DNA of 64,000 nt from Halarcobacter sp. (GTDB taxonomy: Bacteria; Campylobacterota; Campylobacteria; Campylobacterales; Arcobacteraceae), in NCBI GenBank assembly GCA_963676565.1, contig OY781089.1:3276669-3340668 (forward strand), read 5' to 3'. Within the stretch, counting starts at the first letter, position 1, and every line of letters starts with the position of its first letter. The translations under genes were made by a program, and so were the position numbers. This document shows, one piece after another, positions 37,996 to 51,297 of this stretch. The notes beneath the pieces are model-generated. The model was not told where the DNA came from and ran no database searches. It worked only from the letters and a program-made list of their open reading frames with translations.

Positions 37996-39231
37996 TTATT
38001 TATTAACCTTTTCCTTCAAATTTACAGACTTACTTATTGATAACACAAGTCCAATAGCAATAGCCATAGAAAGCATTGATGAACCACCATAACTTAAAAG
38101 TGGTACTGCTATACCTTTAATTGGAATCATCCCTGAAATACCATATGAATTTATTAAAAATGCAATTATTATCATTAAAGCAATTCCAATTGTAAAAAGA
38201 TGATAAATCTTATTATCAACCCTTCTACTTATTTTAAAAATTCTTAATATAATTAAAAACATAATAGAAACAATAACTGCAAGACCTAAAAGCCCAATTT
38301 CTTCTGTAATACCTGCTAAAACAAAGTCAGTATGTACCTCACTTAGAAACCCCAGCTTTAAATCCCCTAGTCCTAAACCTTGTCCAAAAATTCCACCATT
38401 GTGAATTGCATTTAAAGAGTGAGATACTTGATATGGTTCTGGTAATTCATCAATTCTTAAATAATTATCTGCCCAATCTGGCAAGATAGAAAGAATTTTA
38501 TCTTGTACCATTGCCCACCAAGAATAGATTCTTTGTATCCTATGGGGAGCTGCTACAATTAAACCTATAAATCCAACAATACCTATAATACCTAAAGAAA
38601 CAAAAACCTTATAACTTCTATTTGCAAAAATCAGTAATATAAATAAAATACCACCTAATAATGCAACTTGACCAAAATCTTTTTGTAAGAATGCAACTAT
38701 AAATACTACAAGTAAGAAAGTAAGAAAATATGGTGCTAATAAAAGCATCTCTTGTTTTAAACCAATACGCCTAGGAACTTCAATCAATCTTCTATGAAAA
38801 GACCATGATAAAAAATATATAAAACCTATTTTAAAAAACTCAACAGGTGAAAGTGAAAATCCAGGTAATCTAATCCACCTATTTGCACCACCTGAAGCTG
38901 TTACTAATGAACTTGGAAGAACTGGCATAATTGACATAAGAACAAAAAATAAAATAAATAATCCCATACCAACTTTATTTACAATTTTGTCTGGATTAAT
39001 TAAAGAAAATCCCCACATTATAAATATTGACAAAACACCAACAAAAAGCTGTCTTATAAAAAAGTGAAATTGATTGTATCCATAAAATTCCACAGTATAT
39101 ACCGTTAGTGAATATGAAAATATTATGCTAGTAATAATAAGTGAGGATACAAGTAAAAAAAGTACATAATCTGCTTCATGTAACTTCACTTTATTAATCT
39201 TATTTTTAATTTGATTTTTGTTAGAATGCAT
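37996..39231 (-). CDS. ftsW: SEDS peptidoglycan polymerase FtsW
   Basis: GANRWI, SPVEFFK, LSEVHTDF, PLLSYGGSS; adjacent to murG and ftsI. Confidence 0.92.
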   Translation of the reverse strand: MHSNKNQIKNKINKVKLHEADYVLFLLVSSLIITSIIFSYSLTVYTVEFYGYNQFHFFIRQLFVGVLSIFIMWGFSLINPDKIVNKVGMGLFILFFVLMSIMPVLPSSLVTASGGANRWIRLPGFSLSPVEFFKIGFIYFLSWSFHRRLIEVPRRIGLKQEMLLLAPYFLTFLLVVFIVAFLQKDFGQVALLGGILFILLIFANRSYKVFVSLGIIGIVGFIGLIVAAPHRIQRIYSWWAMVQDKILSILPDWADNYLRIDELPEPYQVSHSLNAIHNGGIFGQGLGLGDLKLGFLSEVHTDFVLAGITEEIGLLGLAVIVSIMFLIILRIFKISRRVDNKIYHLFTIGIALMIIIAFLINSYGISGMIPIKGIAVPLLSYGGSSMLSMAIAIGLVLSISKSVNLKEKVNK

Positions 39232-39259
39232 CTGCTATTATATTACATTATGGATAAAT

Positions 39260-41137
39260 ATGTCTTCAAAATTCATCGAAAAAGATAACAAAATCAAAAA
39301 AATTATGATTCTATTTTTTTTCATACTTTTTTTACTAATTATATTGCTAATTTCAATCTTTGATACAATGAAAAGTTTTAGGCAGTTACCCTCTTTAGAA
39401 ACTTCAAAAAAAGAGTTATCAGTTAGAGGAGATATAATAAGTAAAGATAACTTTAAAATTACTGCATCAAAGAAAATCTATAAAGCATCTATAGATACTA
39501 GACATCTTGACTTAAATAAAAAAGAATTATTTATAAAATTATTTTCTATTTATAGTAATATCCCTTATTCAAAACTAGAAAAGAAAATTAATGAATCAAT
39601 AAAAAATCCTGGGAATCTTGTATTATCTTATAATATTGATTCAAAAACTGCAAAAAACTTAAAAGAGTTAGGATTTAAGCTTAGACGTCTAGGAGTTTTT
39701 ATCTCTAGAAAAGTTCAAGGTGGAAAAATCCTAAGGGGTTTAAGTGTTATTGAAAGTGGAGAGAAAAGATTATATTCCTATGAAGATACGTTAACTCCTG
39801 TTGTTGGGTATATTACAAAATTTGAATCAAAAAACGGGAAAACAAAAGTAAAAGGAATTAAAGGTTTAGAAAAAAAATATGATGATTTGCTAAACAATTC
39901 AAAAGATGGAATATTAAGTGGGAATAGAGATGTATTATCGTATATATCTTTTAATAAAAATTCTACTATCAAACAAAGAGTTGATGGTGCGAACTTAGTA
40001 TTAAATATCCCTTTAAAACTTCAAAAAAACAATGAGATGATTCTTGATATCTATAAAGAGAAACTAAAAGCTCAAGAGATTATTGTTTCAATTATGGATA
40101 GTAAAACTGGTGAGATTATCTCTTTAGCTTCATCTAATAGATTTAACCCAGAAAGAATTTATCAAAAAGACATACCTTCACTTAATGTTAATGCAATAGA
40201 ATATCAATATGAACCAGGATCTGTTATAAAACCTATTTCTATTGCACTTGTACTAGATAAAGGAAGAATAAAAAAAGATGAGTTATTGTTTGCATACAAT
40301 ACAAAAGGTCGTCCAAATAATAAAGGTGAATTTCCAAGGGGTAGATATAAATTAGGTAGATTTACAATTAAAGATGACCACCAATTTAAAAAGCACTATT
40401 TAACACTAGATGATATTGTAATATTTTCTTCAAATATTGGGACATTGCAATATGCCCAAAGATTATCTGGTCGTGAATTTTATGAGGGTATGAAAAAGTT
40501 TGGATTTACTAAAAAAACAGGTATAGATTTGCCCTATGAAAAAGTTGGAGTTATTCCAAAGGTTTGGCAATTTGCTGCAAATGATAAAAAAAATGAAGAT
40601 AATGTATTTAAAGCAACAGTATCATATGGTCAAGGTATGACTGCAACTTTTATGCAAATTTTAAAGGCATATTCAGCCTTTAACAATGATGGGGTTATGG
40701 TAACACCTAAAATAGTTTCATATGTTGAAGTTGAAGGAAATAAATATATTGATAAAACTATTAAAAATGAACAAATAATATCTAAAAAAACAGCTGATGA
40801 AATAAAAAGACTTTTAATAAAAACAGTTAATGAAGGAACAGGTAAAGCTGCTAAAATTGAAGGTTTAGAAATTGGAGGGAAAACAGGAACTGCACAAATT
40901 GCAAGAAGAGGTAAGTATTTAAAAGAATATATTTCATCATTTTTTGGTTTTGTAAATGATGGAGAAAATTCATATACAATTGGTGTTACCGTAATGGATC
41001 CAATTTCAACAGGAAAAAACTGGTATTACCATTATGCCTCTTGGTCTGCTGTTCCAGTATTTAAAGAAGTTATTGATAATTTGGTAAAATTAAATTATCT
41101 AAGACCTAAAAATGATATAATTTCAAATCAAAAATAA
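39260..41137 (+). CDS. ftsI: Class B PBP (FtsI/PBP3-like transpeptidase)
   Basis: TM anchor, RGDI, GLEK, YEPGSVIK, SSN, KTGTAQ; start ATG 39260. Confidence 0.88.
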   Translation: MSSKFIEKDNKIKKIMILFFFILFLLIILLISIFDTMKSFRQLPSLETSKKELSVRGDIISKDNFKITASKKIYKASIDTRHLDLNKKELFIKLFSIYSNIPYSKLEKKINESIKNPGNLVLSYNIDSKTAKNLKELGFKLRRLGVFISRKVQGGKILRGLSVIESGEKRLYSYEDTLTPVVGYITKFESKNGKTKVKGIKGLEKKYDDLLNNSKDGILSGNRDVLSYISFNKNSTIKQRVDGANLVLNIPLKLQKNNEMILDIYKEKLKAQEIIVSIMDSKTGEIISLASSNRFNPERIYQKDIPSLNVNAIEYQYEPGSVIKPISIALVLDKGRIKKDELLFAYNTKGRPNNKGEFPRGRYKLGRFTIKDDHQFKKHYLTLDDIVIFSSNIGTLQYAQRLSGREFYEGMKKFGFTKKTGIDLPYEKVGVIPKVWQFAANDKKNEDNVFKATVSYGQGMTATFMQILKAYSAFNNDGVMVTPKIVSYVEVEGNKYIDKTIKNEQIISKKTADEIKRLLIKTVNEGTGKAAKIEGLEIGGKTGTAQIARRGKYLKEYISSFFGFVNDGENSYTIGVTVMDPISTGKNWYYHYASWSAVPVFKEVIDNLVKLNYLRPKNDIISNQK

Positions 41138-41147
41138 AAGGAAAAAA

Positions 41148-41657
41148 ATGTTCGGATTCGGAAAAAAAGAATTAAAAGAGTATGATTATTCAAAAGAAGA
41201 ATTAGCAAAATTCAATTATGCAAAGATTACAACTGAAAAAGGTGTAATATTTATAAAACTATTTAATAAAGAAACACCTAATACAGTTTCAAATTTTGCT
41301 ACACTTGCAAATGACGGTTTTTATAATAACTTAAACTTCCATAGAGTTATTCCAGGTTTTATGGCACAAGGTGGATGTCCTGAAGGTTCAGGTATGGGTG
41401 GTCCCGATTGGGCTATTGCTTGTGAAACAGATGCTCCTAAACAAGTACATAATAAAGGTTCTTTATCTATGGCTCATGCAGGTCCAAATACTGGAGGGAG
41501 TCAATTTTTTATTTGTTTTGATTCACAACCACATCTAGATAGACAACATACTGTTTTTGGTGAAATAGAAGCTGATGATACTGATAGTTTTGAAGTTTTA
41601 GATAGCATTAGACAAAATGATAAAATAGAATCTATAGAAATCTTAGAGAAGAGATAA
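41148..41657 (+). CDS. Cyclophilin-type peptidyl-prolyl isomerase
   Basis: FHRVIPGFMAQGG, LSMAHAGPNTGGSQFFI, HLDRQHTVFG. Confidence 0.97.
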   Translation: MFGFGKKELKEYDYSKEELAKFNYAKITTEKGVIFIKLFNKETPNTVSNFATLANDGFYNNLNFHRVIPGFMAQGGCPEGSGMGGPDWAIACETDAPKQVHNKGSLSMAHAGPNTGGSQFFICFDSQPHLDRQHTVFGEIEADDTDSFEVLDSIRQNDKIESIEILEKR

Positions 41658-41664
41658 TATAACT

Positions 41665-41693
41665 TTTAAGGCAAGTAATAAACTTGTCTTAAA
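41665..41693. terminator. Hairpin terminator between convergent ORFs
   Basis: TTTAAGGCAAGT-aataa-ACTTGTCTTAAA. Confidence 0.6.
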
Positions 41694-41710
41694 CAGTAAA
41701 TTTAATTAAT

Positions 41711-41839
41711 TCAAAATTTATATTGAACACCAATAACGTGACCTTCTAACATAATATAAAACTTATTTTCGTCTTTTTTATCAGCTACTAATGTAACTCC
41801 AAAAGAATTATGTTTATCTATCATATGATTAAAATCCAT
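41711..41839 (-). CDS. Putative 42-aa small protein
   Basis: MDFNHMIDKHNSFGVTLVADKKDENKFYIMLEGHVIGVQYKF; AAGGAGG RBS 8 nt upstream; not in the ORF track. Confidence 0.6.
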   Translation of the reverse strand: MDFNHMIDKHNSFGVTLVADKKDENKFYIMLEGHVIGVQYKF

Positions 41840-42002
41840 TTTTTTTACCTCCTTATAAATATATAAATACATTATATACTAATTTTATTACAATTAGATT
41901 ACTATATAGCATATTTTTTAAACAATTATAAAGAAAAGTATTAAATATATATTTTATAACTTTTTCTATGATACAATTTATAAAAATTAATTAAGTATAA
42001 TA

Positions 42003-42749
42003 ATGACACTATTAAAAAATGATATTAACATACCTTTAAATAATGAAATTGTAAACATTCAAATTGAAGAAAATGATTACATAAAAATCAATGAGTATGT
42101 GAGATTTTTTGAACCTAAACTAGAATTAGGCTCTTTAATATTAATAGATGATAATAAACAAATTAAAATAGAAAATATAACTAATGTTTTAAACTCATCA
42201 GATGCTAGAGTTGTTTTTAATGACTTTGTCGTTGATTCCATGGATCAATTATTCGAATTAGTTAAACACTCATTAGATAGTAGTTTTAGTATTGATTTTA
42301 ATGATATTATCAATGATAATGATGATGATTTTACCCTAAACTTATTTGAAAATGCAGAAGAAATTCGAGATGAACAAAATACTCAAAAAATTGAAGTTGA
42401 ATTAGAAAAAGACAATAATAACTTACTAATTGTTATATATACAAATTCAATAGATTCTATACTAACCTTTCCACTAATTTATGCAAAAGAATCTATGTTA
42501 AATAATAGATGGAATAATATCAATATATTATTTTGGGATATAGCTGTTAATTGTATTATTGAATCTGAAAAAATTAAAACAGAAATAGAAGAATTAAAAA
42601 AATATCAAATTAAATTTAATTACACACTTAATCAACAAAATGAACAAACTAGTTCATATCTAAAAGATTTAGATATTAAACATCTAATAGGAGAGGAGTT
42701 GTTAAGTTCAGCGTTAAGATCAAATAGATGGACAGTAATGAGTATATAG
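42003..42749 (+). CDS. Hypothetical acidic protein with degenerate C-terminal DsrE-like domain
   Basis: C-terminal LLIVIYTN...PLIYAKESMLNNRWNNINILFW...GEELLSSALRSNRWTVMSI resembles small DsrE-family proteins but lacks CxxC. Confidence 0.55.
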   Translation: MTLLKNDINIPLNNEIVNIQIEENDYIKINEYVRFFEPKLELGSLILIDDNKQIKIENITNVLNSSDARVVFNDFVVDSMDQLFELVKHSLDSSFSIDFNDIINDNDDDFTLNLFENAEEIRDEQNTQKIEVELEKDNNNLLIVIYTNSIDSILTFPLIYAKESMLNNRWNNINILFWDIAVNCIIESEKIKTEIEELKKYQIKFNYTLNQQNEQTSSYLKDLDIKHLIGEELLSSALRSNRWTVMSI

Positions 42750-42890
42750 AATTAATTTTAATGGATATGAGATACATTAATAACCTTGTTGATGAGAAGA
42801 AGGTAGCAAATAGTAAAAACTAATTACGAGAATATAAAAAAGATAAGAAGTAAAAATAAAAAAGATAAAGATTATGAGGGGGAAAAGGCT

Positions 42891-42943
42891 AAAAAAAAAG
42901 CTTCACCCAGATCAACTAAAAAAAGTTAACTAGAATGAAGCTT
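42891..42943 (-). terminator. rRNA operon terminator
   Basis: AAGCTTCA...TGAAGCTT stem followed by a T-run on the minus strand. Confidence 0.65.
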
Positions 42944-43000
42944 CAGAATTTGTCCCTGAAAAAGATGATAATCTTTTTTAGTACAAATATATACTCAAGA

Positions 43001-43116
43001 GCTGGCAGCGGCCTACGTTTCCACAAGGGGACCCTGCAGTATTATCAGCGCAGAAGTGCTTGACTTCCAGGTTCGGAATGGAGCTGGGTATTTCCACTTC
43101 GCTAAAACCACCAGCA
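43001..43116 (-). rRNA. rrf: 5S rRNA
   Basis: Conserved CCCATTCCGAAC-like core; terminal helix GCTGG/CCAGC; ends approximate. Confidence 0.96.
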
Positions 43117-43302
43117 ATATGAGTAAAGAAAGTAATTAGTAATTGGTTACTAGTAATTAGTAACGTTACTCTCTTTACTCACATTAGGTTCTATGAGTTT
43201 TAAAAGTTAAATGTTAAAAGTCTTTGCGTTATTGCTAACGTCTTACACAATTTGTATTAAATGCTATACATTTAATAAGATAGTAAACCAAGAAATATAT
43301 AA

Positions 43303-46178
<2,876 letters not shown>

Positions 46179-46554
46179 AATAAAAGTATCTCTACTTCTA
46201 CCTTATTTGAGAAATTAACTAATTAAAGTTAATTGCTTTTTTGAATAATTATTCCTTGGCTACTATCTTATTAAACATATTGCTATATTAAATAAAACAG
46301 TTGTGTCTATCATTAATTAGATATTTAATTAAAAATATCTGATTTAGATATGAAATTTTTTATTTTTTAAATCATCTTCATACGAAAGATTAATTTAAAC
46401 GAAAAAAATTAAAGACTTTAACATTAAATTTTTAAATAACATAATCATTTTTCAATGATTGTTTAGATCATAAGATCTAATATAAATTCAAATTCATTTG
46501 AACTTATATTAAATCTATTTATTTGATTTTTACTTTTATAGTTTATTTAATAGA

Positions 46555-46630
46555 TGGTGGAGATAAGCGGGATCGAACCGCTGACCTCCTGCGTGCAAGG
46601 CAGGCGCTCTCCCAGCTGAGCTATATCCCC
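46555..46630 (-). tRNA. tRNA-Ala(TGC)
   Basis: ITS tRNA, anticodon TGC. Confidence 0.97.
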
Positions 46631-46664
46631 ACATATAATCTTATTATCAAAGATTATTTAATAA

Positions 46665-46741
46665 TGGTGGGCCTACCAGGACTTGAACCTGGGACCTCAC
46701 GATTATCAGTCGAGCGCTCTAGCCAGCTGAGCTATAGGCCC
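46665..46741 (-). tRNA. tRNA-Ile(GAT)
   Basis: ITS tRNA, anticodon GAT. Confidence 0.97.
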
Positions 46742-46910
46742 ATTTGTCACCTATTTTTTAAATAATCTTTATAAACCGAACACAATAAACTATCTATTTT
46801 TTTTCTCATCTTATTTGCTACATTTGTACGCTTAAAAAATCTACGATTTTCCAAGGTAACTGTCGTGTTGTAGCTTCTGAGCTAAGAAACGAATCTTAGC
46901 TCTTTCTCTG

Positions 46911-48427
<1,517 letters not shown>

Positions 48428-48630
48428 TAAAAAGTTTAATCTTGACTTTATTTTAGTAACTCTAAAGTTACAAAATAAATCTCAATTTGTAAAGCTAAGC
48501 TTTATGTTAAATAGACAAGGATATGTTATTACCATATTCTTGTTTCGTGTTTATTTCTCTACATCTTCATGTAGTAAATAGTTTTATCATATTCGGTTTA
48601 TAAAGATTATTATCTTAACAAACCTTTTAT

Positions 48631-48728
48631 TGTTAAAGAACGTTTGAATCGATACTCTCAACCTTGTTTCGTTAAGTGTGTCACTCAAATTGGACGGGAA
48701 TTATAATAGAATTTTTACCCCTTGTCAA
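48631..48728 (-). promoter_or_regulatory. rrn promoter (consensus sigma70) and boxA
   Basis: TTGACA (48723-48728), 17-bp spacer, TATAAT (48700-48705), GC-rich discriminator; boxA-like CGTTCTTTAACA at 48631-48642. Confidence 0.9.
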
Positions 48729-48773
48729 GGGTTTTTTATTAATATTCGCTTAAATTTTGAAATTCTTTGAAAT

Positions 48774-49400
48774 TTAGTTTTTATTTCTTGTTGTAAAACC
48801 TGTTTTTCCTTCAATTATAATTGTAGAAGTCCCTTCTTTTGGAGATTTTAATTCTATAGTACATACATCTTGTAATTTATATTCATTTGCTGAATTTTCA
48901 AAATTACTTAATTTTGTATATACATTACCATCATCTCCAAAGGAGATTTGACCAATTGAACTAGTATCATTACAGCTAATATTAACTTCTTCTATACCAA
49001 ATTCTTTTGTTAATAATACATATTTACTTGTATTTGGTCTATATTCACATTTATTTGTTGAATAAATTTTTTTATTTGTTAAAGGATCAGCTAAACTCTC
49101 TTCTAAACCTGGTTGACCAGTCATATTTGTATCACTATATATAACATAATAGACACCACCAATATTTTTATTACAATTTAAAAACTTTAAGCTCCATCTT
49201 TTTTTATGCCAAAATAGTTCATCATTATCTCTTTTTGAATCTATTAAAGCTTGATACCTAAGTTCTTTTAAATAAAGTACTAGTCTATTTGTTGCTTTTT
49301 CTAAGTTGTTATCTTCATATTTGTATATAGTAAAGGTTGACACGATAATTAAAATTGCTATTACTATTAACAATTCAAATAATGTGAAACTCTTTTTCAT
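48774..49400 (-). CDS. Prepilin-type N-terminal cleavage/methylation protein (pseudopilin)
   Basis: MKKS/FTLFELLIVIAIL class III signal with Glu at +5. Confidence 0.85.
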   Translation of the reverse strand: MKKSFTLFELLIVIAILIIVSTFTIYKYEDNNLEKATNRLVLYLKELRYQALIDSKRDNDELFWHKKRWSLKFLNCNKNIGGVYYVIYSDTNMTGQPGLEESLADPLTNKKIYSTNKCEYRPNTSKYVLLTKEFGIEEVNISCNDTSSIGQISFGDDGNVYTKLSNFENSANEYKLQDVCTIELKSPKEGTSTIIIEGKTGFTTRNKN

Positions 49401-50596
49401 ATCTTTTTTATAACATAAGCGGTATATATAACTTTTCCATAATATTTAATCTCAAATTTATAGTCATATATTTTTAAATCTTTTGTACTAAGGTAAAACT
49501 TATCACCAGAATTAATATCATAAAACTTCAATCTTAGTAATAGTTTTTTATCATCAGTGTAAATATCATTTATATGATTCTCTTTTAAATCTTTTGCTAA
49601 TTGCTTAACATAATCATATTTATAAATAAAATGTTTTTTAGGATCTTCAACTAACATATATAATGGCTTATTAACAATTGTAAAAAACAGATTTATAAAA
49701 AGAACAATTAAAACTAAACTACTAATAAGATAATGTTTATTTCTAAACTGAGGAAGTCGCACTCTAATTGTATGTAGAAAAGTTCTAACCATATATGGTA
49801 AAAAGATTACAACATAAGGTGCATAATCTTCGATATTGATTCTTTGTCTAAAAGATAAAACAAAGGAGAATATTAAAGATGTTGTAGCTATATACCAAAT
49901 AAGTCCCCTTTCTTTTTTTATACCGCTTCTATAAACAGTATAAAAAAAATATATAAAAAGTAAGGGTGAAAATATTGTTGCATAAATTGCAAAGGTGTCA
50001 ACTAAAAATCCCCTTGGCTTCCCAGATGAATCAAATCCATAAATACTCATTGAGATAAAAAACAATAGTAAACTAATTATTAGTAGTTTTTTATCTTTAT
50101 GTCTTAAAGAAAAGAAAAAAAGTGCTAGATATAAAATTGCAAAAGAGTTGTCAACAAATAAAAAAAGAACTAATAAAGCATAACAGTGTTTTTTCCATTT
50201 CTGATAATATAAAACATATAACAAAACTAAAAAAGTAACTACAATTGCACTATTAACCAATAAAGAAGCACTTATCAGACCTGGAAGTATCATAAAAATA
50301 CTCAAAGATATGTATCTATCACTTTGTTTATTAAAAAAATCTCTAGTTAGAAGAAACATTAATAGCAGGCTTAATAGATAAAACAATATAAATGGCAATC
50401 TTAAAGCTATATCGTTTTGTCCAAAAATATATATTGAAGAGTTAGTTAAAATAGTTAATAAAGAGGTGTTTTTAAATACATTTAGTGCCTCACCATATGA
50501 GATACTCATAGAGTTAGCACTATAAAATAAAGATAATAGTACTACAAAAAAAAGTGAATAAAAAATATTTTTGTAACTATTATCGTTTAAACTCAT
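49397..50596 (-). CDS. GT-C fold (ArnT/PMT-like) membrane glycosyltransferase
   Basis: Polytopic; FGQNDIALRLPFILF motif near the N-terminus. Confidence 0.65.
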   Translation of the reverse strand: MSLNDNSYKNIFYSLFFVVLLSLFYSANSMSISYGEALNVFKNTSLLTILTNSSIYIFGQNDIALRLPFILFYLLSLLLMFLLTRDFFNKQSDRYISLSIFMILPGLISASLLVNSAIVVTFLVLLYVLYYQKWKKHCYALLVLFLFVDNSFAILYLALFFFSLRHKDKKLLIISLLLFFISMSIYGFDSSGKPRGFLVDTFAIYATIFSPLLFIYFFYTVYRSGIKKERGLIWYIATTSLIFSFVLSFRQRINIEDYAPYVVIFLPYMVRTFLHTIRVRLPQFRNKHYLISSLVLIVLFINLFFTIVNKPLYMLVEDPKKHFIYKYDYVKQLAKDLKENHINDIYTDDKKLLLRLKFYDINSGDKFYLSTKDLKIYDYKFEIKYYGKVIYTAYVIKKI

Positions 50597-51162
50597 AATT
50601 TTAAGAAATTATCTATTATTTTAAATCCATGCTCACTCATAATCGATTCTGGGTGAAACTGAACTCCATAAACTTGTTTATCTTTAATCTCTAAAGACAT
50701 AATCTCATTATCATCCATACTATATGAAGTGGGTACAATTATTTCAGGTAAATTTTCTTTTTTTACCGTTAAAGAATGGTATCTAGTTTGAGTAAACTCA
50801 TCAGGAAGAGTGTCAAAGATTTTTGTTTCTTTAACCCTTTTCATTTTAGAAGTTTTACCATGCATCATATTATCTGCCTTGATTACCTCAGCACCAAAAA
50901 CTTGAGCAATACTTTGATGACCTAAACAAATACCAAATATTGGTTTTTTATCAGCAAAATGCTTTATTACGTCTAAACAAATACCTGCATCATCAGGAGT
51001 TGCAGGTCCTGGAGATATAATTATCTTTTCAGGGTTTAAAGCTTCTATCTCTTCTACACTTAATTCATCATTTCTAATTACTTTTAAATCAGCACCTAAT
51101 TCTAGGCAATACTGAACAATATTGTAAGTGAATGAGTCATAATTATCAATCATTAGAATCAT
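50593..51162 (-). CDS. pabA: Aminodeoxychorismate/anthranilate synthase glutaminase subunit
   Basis: IDNYDSFTYN, SPGP, GICLGHQ, RYHSL, GVQFHPES. Confidence 0.9.
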   Translation of the reverse strand: MILMIDNYDSFTYNIVQYCLELGADLKVIRNDELSVEEIEALNPEKIIISPGPATPDDAGICLDVIKHFADKKPIFGICLGHQSIAQVFGAEVIKADNMMHGKTSKMKRVKETKIFDTLPDEFTQTRYHSLTVKKENLPEIIVPTSYSMDDNEIMSLEIKDKQVYGVQFHPESIMSEHGFKIIDNFLKL

Positions 51163-51297
51163 CTATTATATTCCTCTATTAGAAAATACATTCTATATTT
51201 AAGGCGATATTATATCAATATTAACATTAAAATGTATTTTTTAAAAAAGTAATAAAACTGTAAAACTATATTTAAATAATTAAGCTATAATTTGATT

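Noticed and set aside
42750..42890. Strongly purine-skewed tract downstream of the rRNA terminator
   Set aside because: No ORF or repeat unit; low-complexity intergenic DNA.
46665..46741. U28:U42 mismatch in the tRNA-Ile anticodon stem
   Set aside because: Rest of the cloverleaf is intact and single U-U pairs are commonly tolerated; no basis for a pseudogene call.
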